64,000 bases of DNA from Dehalococcoidia bacterium (GCA_050011565.1 JBEKIW010000002.1:1-64000), one strand, 5' to 3'. Positions 17,880 through 27,329 are shown, counted from the first letter of the stretch. Made by a program: numbers and translations. The notes: generated from the letters alone by a model not told the origin.

Positions 17880-19559
17880 TTGAGCCGCACGCATTGGCGC
17901 CTATTAACCCCAACTCAACCACCGCTTGATATACCTGGGGTTAATCCACTGGTGACTCGACTGCTTTATAATCGAGGCATCTCTGAGCCTTCCCAAATCG
18001 AGACCTTCCTGAACGCGGACAGCCGGCTGGAATCTGACCCCTTCCTCCTGCCTGATATACATCAGGCAGTAAGCCGGACTTATCAGGCTCTGCTTACCGG
18101 CGAGGAAATAGCCATCTATGGCGACTTCGATGCTGACGGCATTACAGCCACGGCATTGCTGGTCCAGGGGCTTTCTGCACTCGGCGGCAAAGTTATTCCC
18201 TACATTCCTCACCGTTACCATGAAGGCTACGGCTTGCAAGTAGCCGCTCTGGAAAAGCTACGCAAACACGGTATCAGCCTCATCATTACCGTCGATACTG
18301 GCATAACCGCCATCGCTGAAATTCAAAAAGCCCGGAAGATGGGAATAGATATAATCGTAACTGACCATCACCTACCATTAGCCTCGCTGCCGCCAGCCCT
18401 GGCAGTAGTTGACCCCAAACGGAGTGATTCCAACTGCCAATTCACCGAACTAGCCGGCGTAGGTGTTGCTTTCAAATTTCTTCAGGCGCTGCTTAAGGGT
18501 AGTGGCAGGGAAGAACTTGTAAACAGCTTGTTAGACCTGGTAGCTCTCGGCACCGTAACCGATATGGTTCCGCTGAGGGGCGATAACCGCTATTGGGTTA
18601 AACGTGGACTCGAACTTCTCAACAACACTGAGCGCCTTGGACTTCAAGAAATGATGCGCAGCGCCAACCTGAAACCGGGAAACCTGGATACCGAAAGCAT
18701 ATCATGGATATTAGGGCCTCGCCTCAATGCTGCCGGCAGGCTCGACGATGCTGCCACGAGCTATAAATTACTCCTGACACAAGACCCGAAAGAAGCTGCC
18801 TCACTGGTCTCGGACTTAGAGGAAAAGAATGCCAAACGTCAACGGCTAACTAGCGAACTATTACAGCGAGTTAGAGACAAAATAATTGCTGCCGGGGCCG
18901 ACTCGCCCCTGCTGATGATAGGTGACGAAGACTACCCGCCCGGCGTCATGGGTCTTGTTGCCGGCAAGCTATCAGAAGAGTTTTACCGCCCGGTAATACT
19001 TTTCAGATTTGGTTCCGAGACGTGCCGTGGCAGCGGACGGAGCATACCCGAGTTTGACCTCATGGCGGCTCTGGCAGGCTGCCGCGACCTTTTGTCTAAC
19101 TTCGGTGGCCATACCAAGGCAGCCGGCTTCACCGTGCCCACCAATAATCTCCCACAACTCGAGAAGCAACTTTTTACTACAGCTAAAGCGCAATTGTCTG
19201 GCCTGGACCTGCGTCCTCACATTGACATCGATGCTGAGGTGACCCTCTCGGACTTGACCGGGGAAACTTTCAAGCAGATACAGCAGCTGGCTCCCTTCGG
19301 CTCGGGCAATCCATTGCCCGCCTTTGTCAGCCGTCATGTCGAAATAGTTGAGCTTCATCAGATTGGCAGCCGGAATGAACATCTGGGGCTGAAACTAAAG
19401 CAGGAAGGCATAGTCTGGGACGCAATCGGCTTCCGTTTTGGCAGCCGCGTTCAAGAAACAACCGCCTTTTTAGATATCGCCTACAATTTGACTATAGATC
19501 GCTGGAATGGAGCGGAAAAACTTCGACTTAAGCTCCTCGATTTCGCCCCGTCCTGCTAA
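17880..19559 (+). CDS. recJ: ssDNA-specific exonuclease
   Basis: YGDFDADG, TDHH, PRLNAAGR, GGHTKAAG, PFGSGNP. Confidence 0.96.
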   Translation: MSRTHWRLLTPTQPPLDIPGVNPLVTRLLYNRGISEPSQIETFLNADSRLESDPFLLPDIHQAVSRTYQALLTGEEIAIYGDFDADGITATALLVQGLSALGGKVIPYIPHRYHEGYGLQVAALEKLRKHGISLIITVDTGITAIAEIQKARKMGIDIIVTDHHLPLASLPPALAVVDPKRSDSNCQFTELAGVGVAFKFLQALLKGSGREELVNSLLDLVALGTVTDMVPLRGDNRYWVKRGLELLNNTERLGLQEMMRSANLKPGNLDTESISWILGPRLNAAGRLDDAATSYKLLLTQDPKEAASLVSDLEEKNAKRQRLTSELLQRVRDKIIAAGADSPLLMIGDEDYPPGVMGLVAGKLSEEFYRPVILFRFGSETCRGSGRSIPEFDLMAALAGCRDLLSNFGGHTKAAGFTVPTNNLPQLEKQLFTTAKAQLSGLDLRPHIDIDAEVTLSDLTGETFKQIQQLAPFGSGNPLPAFVSRHVEIVELHQIGSRNEHLGLKLKQEGIVWDAIGFRFGSRVQETTAFLDIAYNLTIDRWNGAEKLRLKLLDFAPSC

Positions 19560-20352
19560 CCTTTTTTTTGCTTGCCGGTACCGGTTGCTTGGTCCGATAA
19601 CGCCACATCCTGATAACCAGCCACGGCACTGTTACTACCAGTACTATTATGCCGATCAACTGAGCTTGCTGCAGACCGAAGAGGAAGGGTTCTCCAACAC
19701 GTACAAACCGTATGCTCAGATCGCCGGCAGCATAAAGCGCCAGGTAAAGCAGAAACAGCGAGCCCTGTGGCTTGAGCCTGCGACGCAGTGACCAGAGTAT
19801 ACCAAATCCTATTAGATTCCAGAGCATGTGATAAATCTGAGTCGGTTGGAATTCCTCGCCCACCGGACAAAAACTGCCTGGATTAGTATAAACCACGCCC
19901 CAGGGCAGGGATGTAGGTAGCCCGTAACAGCAGCCATTCAGGAGACAGCCAATCCTGCCTATAGCCTGCCCTACAATCGCCCCTGGAGCGAGAACATCGC
20001 CTATCTGCCAGAAAGAGATTTTCTTAATCCAACAATAAATCAGCACCGCTATCAAAGCACCCAGAACTGCTCCGTAAACGGTTAAACCTGCAAAACCAAT
20101 TATCTGCCTGGGATTAGCCATGTAATAATCCCACTTATCAATGACATGAAGCAGTCGGGATACTAAAATACCGCTAATGATCGCCCACAGGGCAACATTG
20201 TAGATGTGCTCGTCAGGTATACCGACACGTCTCGCCTCCAATATAGCCAGGGCAATGACTGCCACCACCGCCAGGACAACCATAATTCCATACCACCTCA
20301 CATCGAGAGCACCGATGCTGAAGGCAACTGGATTGATATTAATAGTAATCAT
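19528..20352 (-). CDS. lgt: Prolipoprotein diacylglyceryl transferase
   Basis: VRWYG, GQAIGRIGCLLNGCCYG, PTQIY. Confidence 0.95.
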   Translation of the reverse strand: MITININPVAFSIGALDVRWYGIMVVLAVVAVIALAILEARRVGIPDEHIYNVALWAIISGILVSRLLHVIDKWDYYMANPRQIIGFAGLTVYGAVLGALIAVLIYCWIKKISFWQIGDVLAPGAIVGQAIGRIGCLLNGCCYGLPTSLPWGVVYTNPGSFCPVGEEFQPTQIYHMLWNLIGFGILWSLRRRLKPQGSLFLLYLALYAAGDLSIRFVRVGEPFLFGLQQAQLIGIIVLVVTVPWLVIRMWRYRTKQPVPASKKKVSRTGRNRGA

Positions 20353-20363
20353 TTTTCCTTCCC

Positions 20364-21275
20364 TTAGTTGCGAAAAACTGCAGTAACAAAGGTGTTGGCG
20401 TCGAATGGTGCCATATCACCAAGCTGCTCACCGGTTCCAATATACTTAATAGGAATCTTCAGCGCATCACATATCGACAGTACTATACCGCCCCTGGCAG
20501 TACCATCAAGTTTAGCCAGAAAAATCTCATTAACTCCCACCGCTTCAGTGAAATGCCTGGCCTGGGCCAGACCATTCTGACCGGTAGTGGCATCAATCAC
20601 CAATAGCACTTCCTGAGGCAACTCGAACTTGCTGACTACGCGCTTAATCTTTTTAAGCTCCTCCATCAAATTAAACTTGGTGTGAAGGCGGCCGGCGGTG
20701 TCAATTATTACCACCTGAGCCCGCCTGTTCTGAGCTGCCTGAATGGCATCATAGACCACCGCTCCCGGGTCTCCGCCCGGCTGATGAGCCACAACCTCTA
20801 CGCCAATCCTTTCACCCCATCGCTTAAGCTGGTCAATAGCCGCAGCCCTGAAGGTATCAGCAGCCGCCAGAATAACTTTTTTACCCTCATTCTTAAGGCT
20901 GTAGGCGAGTTTGGCAATGCTCGTTGTCTTTCCGGAACCGTTTACCCCGACCACCAGAATGGCATACAGGCTAACTGAATTCGAAACAGCCGCCGCCCTG
21001 GATTCAACTGTCAACAGGCTAACCATCTCCTCTTCCAAAGCCGAACGTACCTGAGCTGGTTCATTTAGTTTCTCCGCCTTAACTCGTTGTTTCACCCCTT
21101 CTATCAGTTTTTGTGTGGTGATAACACCGACATCGGCAGCAATAAGCAATTCCTCAAGCTCATCCCAAACCTCATCTTCAACTCTGGCGCGGTCAAAAAG
21201 CTTGCCAATCTTACCGAACCATGTCTCCCGGCTACGCTTCACAGCCTGTTTGGTTACAATCAAAGAATCCGGCAT
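20364..21275 (-). CDS. ftsY: SRP receptor
   Basis: GVNGSGKTT, DTFRAAA, DTAGR, DATTGQN, KLDGTARGG; start MPDS assumed. Confidence 0.96.
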   Translation of the reverse strand: MPDSLIVTKQAVKRSRETWFGKIGKLFDRARVEDEVWDELEELLIAADVGVITTQKLIEGVKQRVKAEKLNEPAQVRSALEEEMVSLLTVESRAAAVSNSVSLYAILVVGVNGSGKTTSIAKLAYSLKNEGKKVILAAADTFRAAAIDQLKRWGERIGVEVVAHQPGGDPGAVVYDAIQAAQNRRAQVVIIDTAGRLHTKFNLMEELKKIKRVVSKFELPQEVLLVIDATTGQNGLAQARHFTEAVGVNEIFLAKLDGTARGGIVLSICDALKIPIKYIGTGEQLGDMAPFDANTFVTAVFRN

Positions 21276-21350
21276 ATCAGCACCACAAGCTAACAAATCT
21301 CAGGAATATTAACACACAGTTCGAGAATGGGCAAAATGACTTACCAAAGG

Positions 21351-21381
21351 AATGGCCTCCAGATTAATACTGAAGGCCATT
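21351..21381 (-). terminator. Hairpin, probable terminator of the small-ORF transcript
   Basis: AATGGCCTTCAG-TATTAAT-CTGGAGGCCATT, fully paired with one G-U on the minus strand; weak U tract. Confidence 0.55.
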
Positions 21382-21389
21382 ATGCGTAG

Positions 21390-21488
21390 CTAGTGATTTA
21401 AAAACAATTTGTAGATTATGAAGTGGATAACTGTGGCAAAGAGTGCCGATACTTTGATCGATATTCTTAATTTAATATCAATTGTCAC
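21390..21488 (-). CDS. Unannotated 32-aa hydrophobic peptide MTIDIKLRISIKVSALFATVIHFIIYKLFLNH
   Basis: GTG start 7 nt after AGGTGA; upstream promoter and downstream hairpin. Confidence 0.5.
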   Translation of the reverse strand: MTIDIKLRISIKVSALFATVIHFIIYKLFLNH

Positions 21489-21551
21489 TCATAATTCACC
21501 TGACGACAGAACATCGTCTTAAACACTGGGCTTTTTAGTTCCCATACCTAA

Positions 21552-21581
21552 AATATAAACCCGAAAAGATTATTTTGTCAA
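21552..21581 (-). promoter_or_regulatory. sigma70 promoter
   Basis: TTGACA, 18 bp, TATATT. Confidence 0.6.
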
Positions 21582-21677
21582 GGAACGGCAACGTCAAAAG
21601 TTTTTGCAATGCCGATATACAAATGGGAACCATATCCCGGGTGGGCGGATGACTTACACAAATATCTACAATACTTT

Positions 21678-23957
21678 TTAGACACCAAGTAGCCCATGAA
21701 GCAACATGATGGCTGCTTTCTTATCCAGAGGTTCGTTGTTGTTGCCGCATTTCGGCGACTGGATACAGCTAGGACAGCCTTCCTGACACGGGCATTCCTG
21801 GATGGCTTCCAGGGTCGCTGTCCATAGCTCTTCCATCATCTCGAACCCCTTGGCGGCGATGCCGATACCACCCGGATACGCATCGTAAATAAAGATTTGT
21901 GCCCTTCCTGTGTCAGTATGGAACGGAGTGGAGACGCCGCCGATGTCATTGCGGTCACATAAGGCGAACAAAGGTAGCATAGCGATAGCCGCATGTTCTA
22001 CGGCATGCAAGCCGCCGGCAAAATCAAGCCCAGCTTCAGCAACTCCCCTAAGCGCTTCCTCCGGCAAGTCGAACCACAGCGACTGTGTAAGAAAACGCAG
22101 TGGCGGCAAGTCCAGAGGTTCATCACCGATTACCTCCTCTGTAAACTGCATTTTCTTTTTGAAGCCGACCACGTTGTTGGTGACATCGACTTCACCGAGG
22201 CAGACTTTTATGCCCAGGCAACTTCTTTCGCGCTCTGTCTTCAGAATCCGTATATCAATTAATTCCTTGGTCTGGGTGTAATAAGGAACATCGGTCGGCG
22301 CCACTACAGCCACTCGATTCTCGATATCGAGTTCTTTCACTAAATAAGACTCACCTTGATGGAGATAAATAGCTCCTGGATGTATCTGGAAAAAGGCAAC
22401 GCTGGCCTCGACTGTCTCCATCAACTGGTAGCCCTGAGAGGCGTCGACGACGGCGTAATTCTTACCAGAAGAAGACCTGATATTAATGTCCTGCGCGGGA
22501 TGTGAAATTCTGGGTGAAAGATACCATCGCCCACCGCTTTTTCTAAGCTTCCCTTCTTCTTCCAACTCGGAGGCTGCTCTATCGAAAGCAGCCCCAAAGA
22601 ACAGAGAATCGTCGTCAGCCAATGGCTGCTCCCAGGCGGTGCAAAGAAGATGAGGCTTCAGGATATTGGTGTTCTCCGCGTTTATCAGAGCATTTTCAAA
22701 ACTTTTACCAAAAAACGACTCTGGGTGGTGCATAAAATATTGGTCTAGCGGATTATCCTGAGCAATAAGAAAGCTGACGGAATCATTTATCCCCCGGCCG
22801 CTGCGTCCTGCCTGCTGCCAGGTGCTGGCAATGCTTCCAGGATAGCCGACAAGTACGGTGGCTTCCAGGTCACCGATATCAATCCCCAATTCCAGAGCAG
22901 TGGTAGCTACTACGCCAAGCAGTTGTCCGCTAAATAGTTCTCGCTCAATCTGTCGCCGGTCTTCAGGTAGATAACCTGCCCTATAAGGTTTAATTAACTG
23001 ACCCAAGGAATTGCCCAGTTCTTCTCGACTGTAAATATAGACTAGCTCGGTCAATCTGCGGGTGCGGGTGAAAACCAGGCTGCGTATATTGCTGCGGATA
23101 AGCTCGGTAAAGAGAAAAGTGCCTTCGCTGTTGGAGCTGTGCCGTCCCGTGCCGGTCTCGTCGATAAGCGGTGGATTCCAGAAGACAAAGGACTTACCAC
23201 CGTGAGGAGAACCATCCTCGCTGATTATGTCAAAAGGCAACCGGACCAGATTTTCGGCATGCTCTTTAGGATTGGCAATGGTCGCCGAGCAACAAATAAA
23301 CTGCGGGTTAGAGCCGTAAGAGGCACACAGGCGGCGCAGCCGGCGCATAACATTGGCTACGTGAGAGCCGAACACCCCACGATAGACATGAGCCTCGTCT
23401 ATCACCACGTATTTCAAGTTGCGAAACAATCTTGACCAGGACTTATGATTGGGCAAAATGCCCACGTGAAGCATGTCAGGATTGGTGAGCACAACTTTGG
23501 CTTGCCTTTTTATGCCGGCTCGCTCCGATTGTGGCGTATCACCATCAAACGTGGCACAGCCCCCGGATGAAACAAGCTCAGTACAACCCAGCTCTTTTAA
23601 GCTTCGCAGCTGGTCCTGAGCCAGAGCCTTGGTCGGAAAAAGGTACAGAGCCCGGCTGCTCGGGTCTTCTAAAATCGCCTCTAATACCGGCAGGTTGTAG
23701 CACAATGTCTTACCGCTGGCGCTGGCTGTGGCCACCATTACATTCCTACCGCAGCGTGCAGCGTTAACCGCCATGGCTTGATGACTATACAACGAGGATA
23801 TGCCCAGAGATTCAAGATGCCCCTGTAAAGCAGGATTTAAGGGCTTATCTAACTTTCCAGCAGAGGCAATTCGCGGCGCAATGCGTTCGGTATGGACAAT
23901 CTGTTGTCTGTAATCTGGTAAAGTCAGTAGGTGGTGAAGGAAGGCATCAACATACAT
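21678..23957 (-). CDS. DEAH helicase with DUF1998 Zn domain (YprA/MrfA/Hrq1 family)
   Basis: TASGKT, PTKALAQDQ, DEAH, SATIANP, QQAGRSGR, CPC..GCPSC..SPKCGN. Confidence 0.93.
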   Translation of the reverse strand: MYVDAFLHHLLTLPDYRQQIVHTERIAPRIASAGKLDKPLNPALQGHLESLGISSLYSHQAMAVNAARCGRNVMVATASASGKTLCYNLPVLEAILEDPSSRALYLFPTKALAQDQLRSLKELGCTELVSSGGCATFDGDTPQSERAGIKRQAKVVLTNPDMLHVGILPNHKSWSRLFRNLKYVVIDEAHVYRGVFGSHVANVMRRLRRLCASYGSNPQFICCSATIANPKEHAENLVRLPFDIISEDGSPHGGKSFVFWNPPLIDETGTGRHSSNSEGTFLFTELIRSNIRSLVFTRTRRLTELVYIYSREELGNSLGQLIKPYRAGYLPEDRRQIERELFSGQLLGVVATTALELGIDIGDLEATVLVGYPGSIASTWQQAGRSGRGINDSVSFLIAQDNPLDQYFMHHPESFFGKSFENALINAENTNILKPHLLCTAWEQPLADDDSLFFGAAFDRAASELEEEGKLRKSGGRWYLSPRISHPAQDINIRSSSGKNYAVVDASQGYQLMETVEASVAFFQIHPGAIYLHQGESYLVKELDIENRVAVVAPTDVPYYTQTKELIDIRILKTERERSCLGIKVCLGEVDVTNNVVGFKKKMQFTEEVIGDEPLDLPPLRFLTQSLWFDLPEEALRGVAEAGLDFAGGLHAVEHAAIAMLPLFALCDRNDIGGVSTPFHTDTGRAQIFIYDAYPGGIGIAAKGFEMMEELWTATLEAIQECPCQEGCPSCIQSPKCGNNNEPLDKKAAIMLLHGLLGV

Positions 23958-23981
23958 TCAAATCGGTTCAACTTGCCTGAG

Positions 23982-24275
23982 CTAAGGGCCGGATAGAATC
24001 TCAGTCTGATGGTCCACAATTTCCAGCTCCGGATAATTATTAGTAATAAAAGCCATCACTTTGGATAAGGTCTCATCGACATGCTGGCTTTGGTTGCTGA
24101 CACAGGCAATGCCCAGAGTCACCAGCTGCCACAAATCCTGGTCATCAACTTCAGCTATTGAGATATTGTACTGGTTACTGAGCCGGGAGACAACAGATTT
24201 CACTATCCGTCTTTTATCTTTAAGTGACCGACTTTCTGAAATATGAAGTTTTATTCGGCAAATGCCAACATTCAT
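23982..24275 (-). CDS. DUF503 (YlxP) family protein
   Basis: SLKDKRRIVKS...SIAEVDDQDLWQ. Confidence 0.9.
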   Translation of the reverse strand: MNVGICRIKLHISESRSLKDKRRIVKSVVSRLSNQYNISIAEVDDQDLWQLVTLGIACVSNQSQHVDETLSKVMAFITNNYPELEIVDHQTEILSGP

Positions 24276-24309
24276 TTCTGCAGAAGAAAATGTTGATAAA
24301 TGAGAGTAT

Positions 24310-24347
24310 AAAAAATCCCTCTCAGCGGGGAGACTGCCGAGAGGGAT
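24310..24347 (-). terminator. Intrinsic terminator after the zinc-ribbon gene
   Basis: ATCCCTCTCGGC...GCTGAGAGGGAT followed by a T run on the minus strand. Confidence 0.8.
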
Positions 24348-24358
24348 ATCGGGCTATT

Positions 24359-24652
24359 TTAGCGACTCTGCTTCACTTCCGCGTAGCAGGTACTACAATA
24401 AATAGGGCGGTCATCTCTCGGTTCGAAAGGCACCTCGCATTCAGCGCCACATTTGGCACATGTTGCTTGATGCATTGTCCTGGGTTGACCATAGCCCCGG
24501 TAGCGACTCTGTCGCCTAGTTGCCCGGCACTCCGGGCAGCGACTAGGCTCGTTCTGTAGCCCTCGTGACTTGTAAAACTCTTGCTCACCCACGGTAAACG
24601 TGAAACTACTATTGCAATCCTTACAAGTCAAAGTCTTGTCCGCTAGAGCCAT
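24359..24652 (-). CDS. Zinc-ribbon / CxxC-x17-CxxC domain protein
   Basis: DKTLTCKDC..F.FT.GEQEFY..EPSRCPEC; CAKC...VPFEP...PIYCSTC; AAGGAGG RBS. Confidence 0.93.
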   Translation of the reverse strand: MALADKTLTCKDCNSSFTFTVGEQEFYKSRGLQNEPSRCPECRATRRQSRYRGYGQPRTMHQATCAKCGAECEVPFEPRDDRPIYCSTCYAEVKQSR

Positions 24653-24846
24653 CTATGCCTCCTTATAAAAGTTATGCCCTGTTTCTGTTGCAGTCTCTAA
24701 CGGCTCAAGACCTCTACATACACTGCCAAGATGAATGCACCGGCACGCTGGTCTCCCCACTATAAGAGGAAGCCGAGCTAGGAAACGGCACCAGCCAGGT
24801 TTTTGCATACATGAACTAGTGTAGTTTATAATATACGTCAAGTCAA
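24653..24846 (-). promoter_or_regulatory. Promoter plus ~160-nt structured 5' leader
   Basis: TTGACT, 17 bp, TACACT (24846-24818); complementary segments GCTGGT/ACCAGC, ATGCA/TGCAT, GCAGT/ACTGC. Confidence 0.5.
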
Positions 24847-24875
24847 GTCATAGCAGCCAAATAGAGTCTGGTAAT

Positions 24876-25430
24876 ATGTCGGATAGCATTAAAGAAAAAC
24901 GTCGGCGAGTTAGAACCACAGTAAGCCTGGTAGCCGGCATACTGATTGGGCTTACTTTTTTAATATCAGGCAGTGGTAAAGTATTCGGTTACGGTGACAT
25001 GCCGGGCCAAACCATGCAATTCATCGGTGCCATTCTTCCCGATGCCTGGCTGACTCCTCAATTGGCTCTTTTCATGGGCGAAATATTTTTCCCCTATATT
25101 CTCCCGTGGACAGAGCTATGCTTGGGCATACTTCTTATTCTGCGTATCTGGCCACGCTTCTTCGCCGCCATCACATTGCCGTTAACCGTAGCCTTTATGG
25201 CTAATAACGCCTGGTATATCAGCCAGGGGCAGAATAAATTCACTTCCTGCGAATGCTTTGGTATATGGGAAAAACTGTTCGGCACACTAACACACGTTCA
25301 ATCGCTGTCGCTAGACATTATACTTTTTGCCCTGGCTCTGACAATTGTTGTCATCCATCCTGACAATTTCTTCTCTTCACCGCCGTGGTTGAGCAAGGTA
25401 CGGAAAGTAACTAAAAAGCAGAAAAAATAG
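24876..25430 (+). CDS. MauE/DoxX family redox-associated membrane protein
   Basis: FLISGSGK, LPWTELCLG, SCECFG (CxCFG motif); 4 TM helices. Confidence 0.85.
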   Translation: MSDSIKEKRRRVRTTVSLVAGILIGLTFLISGSGKVFGYGDMPGQTMQFIGAILPDAWLTPQLALFMGEIFFPYILPWTELCLGILLILRIWPRFFAAITLPLTVAFMANNAWYISQGQNKFTSCECFGIWEKLFGTLTHVQSLSLDIILFALALTIVVIHPDNFFSSPPWLSKVRKVTKKQKK

Positions 25431-25440
25431 AGGATATACT

Positions 25441-26151
25441 ATGAGACAATTTAGATTGAATATTTTATCGAGGCACAATCGCTCCAGACTGGTAATGCTA
25501 CTCGCTTCTACAGCACTGCTTCTGAGCAGTGCTTGTACATTGGTCTCCCCGCCACCTGCGCCCCCGCCACCGCCCCCACCAAATCAACCGCCTGTTATCG
25601 ACTCCCTAACAGCCGAAAAAGAAATTCCTACTTTAACGGAAACCCAGGTAGTGTGCCAGGCCAGCGATGCTGATGGCGATACCTTGACGTATCAGTGGTC
25701 GGCTGATGGCGGGACCATCACAGGAGAGAGCAGCACCATCGCCTGGACCGCTCCCGATACATCAGATAATTATACCATTAAAGTTAGCGTATCCGATGGC
25801 AAAGGCGGTGCTGTCACCCAATCGATAACAATAGCTGCCATAAGTAAGCCCAACCATCCTCCAGTTGTTAGCGGGTTCACAATCGACGGAGCTCCGCCCG
25901 TTAAAGAAAATACAGCCAGGCAATGGGTGACAAAAATCATTAACTGTAATGCTGAGGACCCGGATGGTGACAAGCTAAGTTACCTCTGGAGAGCTACCGG
26001 TGGCAAAATCACCGGAGAAGGTAGTAAGGTTGGATGGACTTCGCCCGGTGTTAATGGCGAATATACGTTAACCGTGGTGGTAAGCGATGGTAGAGATAGT
26101 AAGGCAGAAGGGTCCATCACCTTTAAAGTGCTTTGCTGCGGTAGAGGTTGA
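25441..26151 (+). CDS. Lipoprotein with poly-Pro linker, two Ig/PKD-like repeats and C-terminal CCGRG
   Basis: Lipobox LSSA-C; two NxPPV...DxDGDxLxYxW...GGxI...YTxxVxVSDG repeats. Confidence 0.85.
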   Translation: MRQFRLNILSRHNRSRLVMLLASTALLLSSACTLVSPPPAPPPPPPPNQPPVIDSLTAEKEIPTLTETQVVCQASDADGDTLTYQWSADGGTITGESSTIAWTAPDTSDNYTIKVSVSDGKGGAVTQSITIAAISKPNHPPVVSGFTIDGAPPVKENTARQWVTKIINCNAEDPDGDKLSYLWRATGGKITGEGSKVGWTSPGVNGEYTLTVVVSDGRDSKAEGSITFKVLCCGRG

Positions 26152-26177
26152 AGCCAAATCAGGAGTTTTTCGCCAAC

Positions 26178-26900
26178 TCATAAGGGTACAAGCTTCACAT
26201 CACCCCACATACCCATTCTATTACCTTTAATTATAACGGTACCCACCAGCTCTGGCATCGCCTTAACCTGTTCAATGACTAAGTCTATATCGCCGTCAGC
26301 CGTAACCTTGTTGCCGATGGCCGTAGCTGCAGCATCAGCCATCGCAGTAGAATGAGAAAGAACAATTACGGCATCAGCAGCACCGAGGCTCAGAGAATGC
26401 CCCACCGTTCCTGAGGAAGTGCATATCCCCAAAGGCGTCTGTTCAGGATTTATCTCCAGGGCAATTTTACCGGTAAACGTAGATTCTCCGGCATAAACAC
26501 CGATCAGACTTGCCTGCGAGACCCTGATAAAGATATCGCCGCCGTTTTCAACAATCACTTCGGGTGAATAGACCAGCAAGTCTCTGCCCACAGCCTCAGC
26601 AATAGCGCCAGCTACGGCTGCCATGGGCCCAACACCTACCATCCCGGCCGCTCGTGCCATGTCTCTAACAATGTCCGGAGCATCCTCTTCCACAGCATAA
26701 GGCTGCAGGCTATGGAGAAAAAGCGGATGGCTTTCGATATACTCTTCCAGTTGCGTGCGATATTTAATGACAGCTTCTATAGCTTCGGCTTCGAGATTGC
26801 GTGCCGTCCGAATGTAGAGGTCGGTCTCTTTAACGACAACATTGAAGGAAACTAAAGCATCATCTTTAATCCAGCGGCGATAGGTCCGGGGCTGGTACAT
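26178..26900 (-). CDS. UPF0280 / ApbE-like protein
   Basis: VKETDL, GPMAAVAGA, ENGGDI, TSSGTVGHSLSLG, ADAAATA. Confidence 0.9.
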   Translation of the reverse strand: MYQPRTYRRWIKDDALVSFNVVVKETDLYIRTARNLEAEAIEAVIKYRTQLEEYIESHPLFLHSLQPYAVEEDAPDIVRDMARAAGMVGVGPMAAVAGAIAEAVGRDLLVYSPEVIVENGGDIFIRVSQASLIGVYAGESTFTGKIALEINPEQTPLGICTSSGTVGHSLSLGAADAVIVLSHSTAMADAAATAIGNKVTADGDIDLVIEQVKAMPELVGTVIIKGNRMGMWGDVKLVPL

Positions 26901-27314
26901 TCAGAAGTACAGCTCCATGGCTCGAGGCGGACAGGCTTTGATGCATAACTCGCAGACAACACACTTATCGTTGTCGAAAATTACCTTCCTGGTCTGCGGA
27001 TCGATGGAAAAGGCACCCGTAGGACACAAAGTGATGCAAGCCCCGCAATGGGTACATCTTGATTCATTCCAAACCACATCCTGGCTCAGCGACTGAATTT
27101 TTACGCCGGTCTCGGTTAGATACTTAACCCCCTTGTCATAATTCCGCTGTTCTCCGGTTAATTCCATAATTAAAAGCCCCTCCTCGCCGGGGGTAACTGA
27201 CGCCTTGAGTATATTAAACGCCAGGTCAAAGTCTTTAACCAGCTTGTAGACTATAGGCTCGTTTGTTAAACGCTTCGGAAAATGCAAAACTAATCTCTTC
27301 GAAACAGCAGCCAT
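26901..27314 (-). CDS. NIL domain + 2x[4Fe-4S] ferredoxin (partner of aspartate-semialdehyde sulfurtransferase)
   Basis: FNILKA; CTHCGACITLCP and CVVCELCIKACP. Confidence 0.92.
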   Translation of the reverse strand: MAAVSKRLVLHFPKRLTNEPIVYKLVKDFDLAFNILKASVTPGEEGLLIMELTGEQRNYDKGVKYLTETGVKIQSLSQDVVWNESRCTHCGACITLCPTGAFSIDPQTRKVIFDNDKCVVCELCIKACPPRAMELYF

Positions 27315-27329
27315 TTTATTACTCCTTAA

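Noticed and set aside
19528-19559. Convergent 32-nt overlap of recJ and lgt
   Set aside because: Short tail-to-tail overlaps are common; no extra signal
21422-21440. Tandem DnaA-box-like sequences (AGTGGATAA, TGTGGCAAA) suggesting oriC
   Set aside because: Only one near-perfect box, no dnaA/dnaN nearby, and they fall inside the better-supported small ORF; not fully excluded
21678-23957. DUF1998 helicase as a DISARM/Druantia defence system
   Set aside because: No methylase, nuclease or other defence genes adjacent
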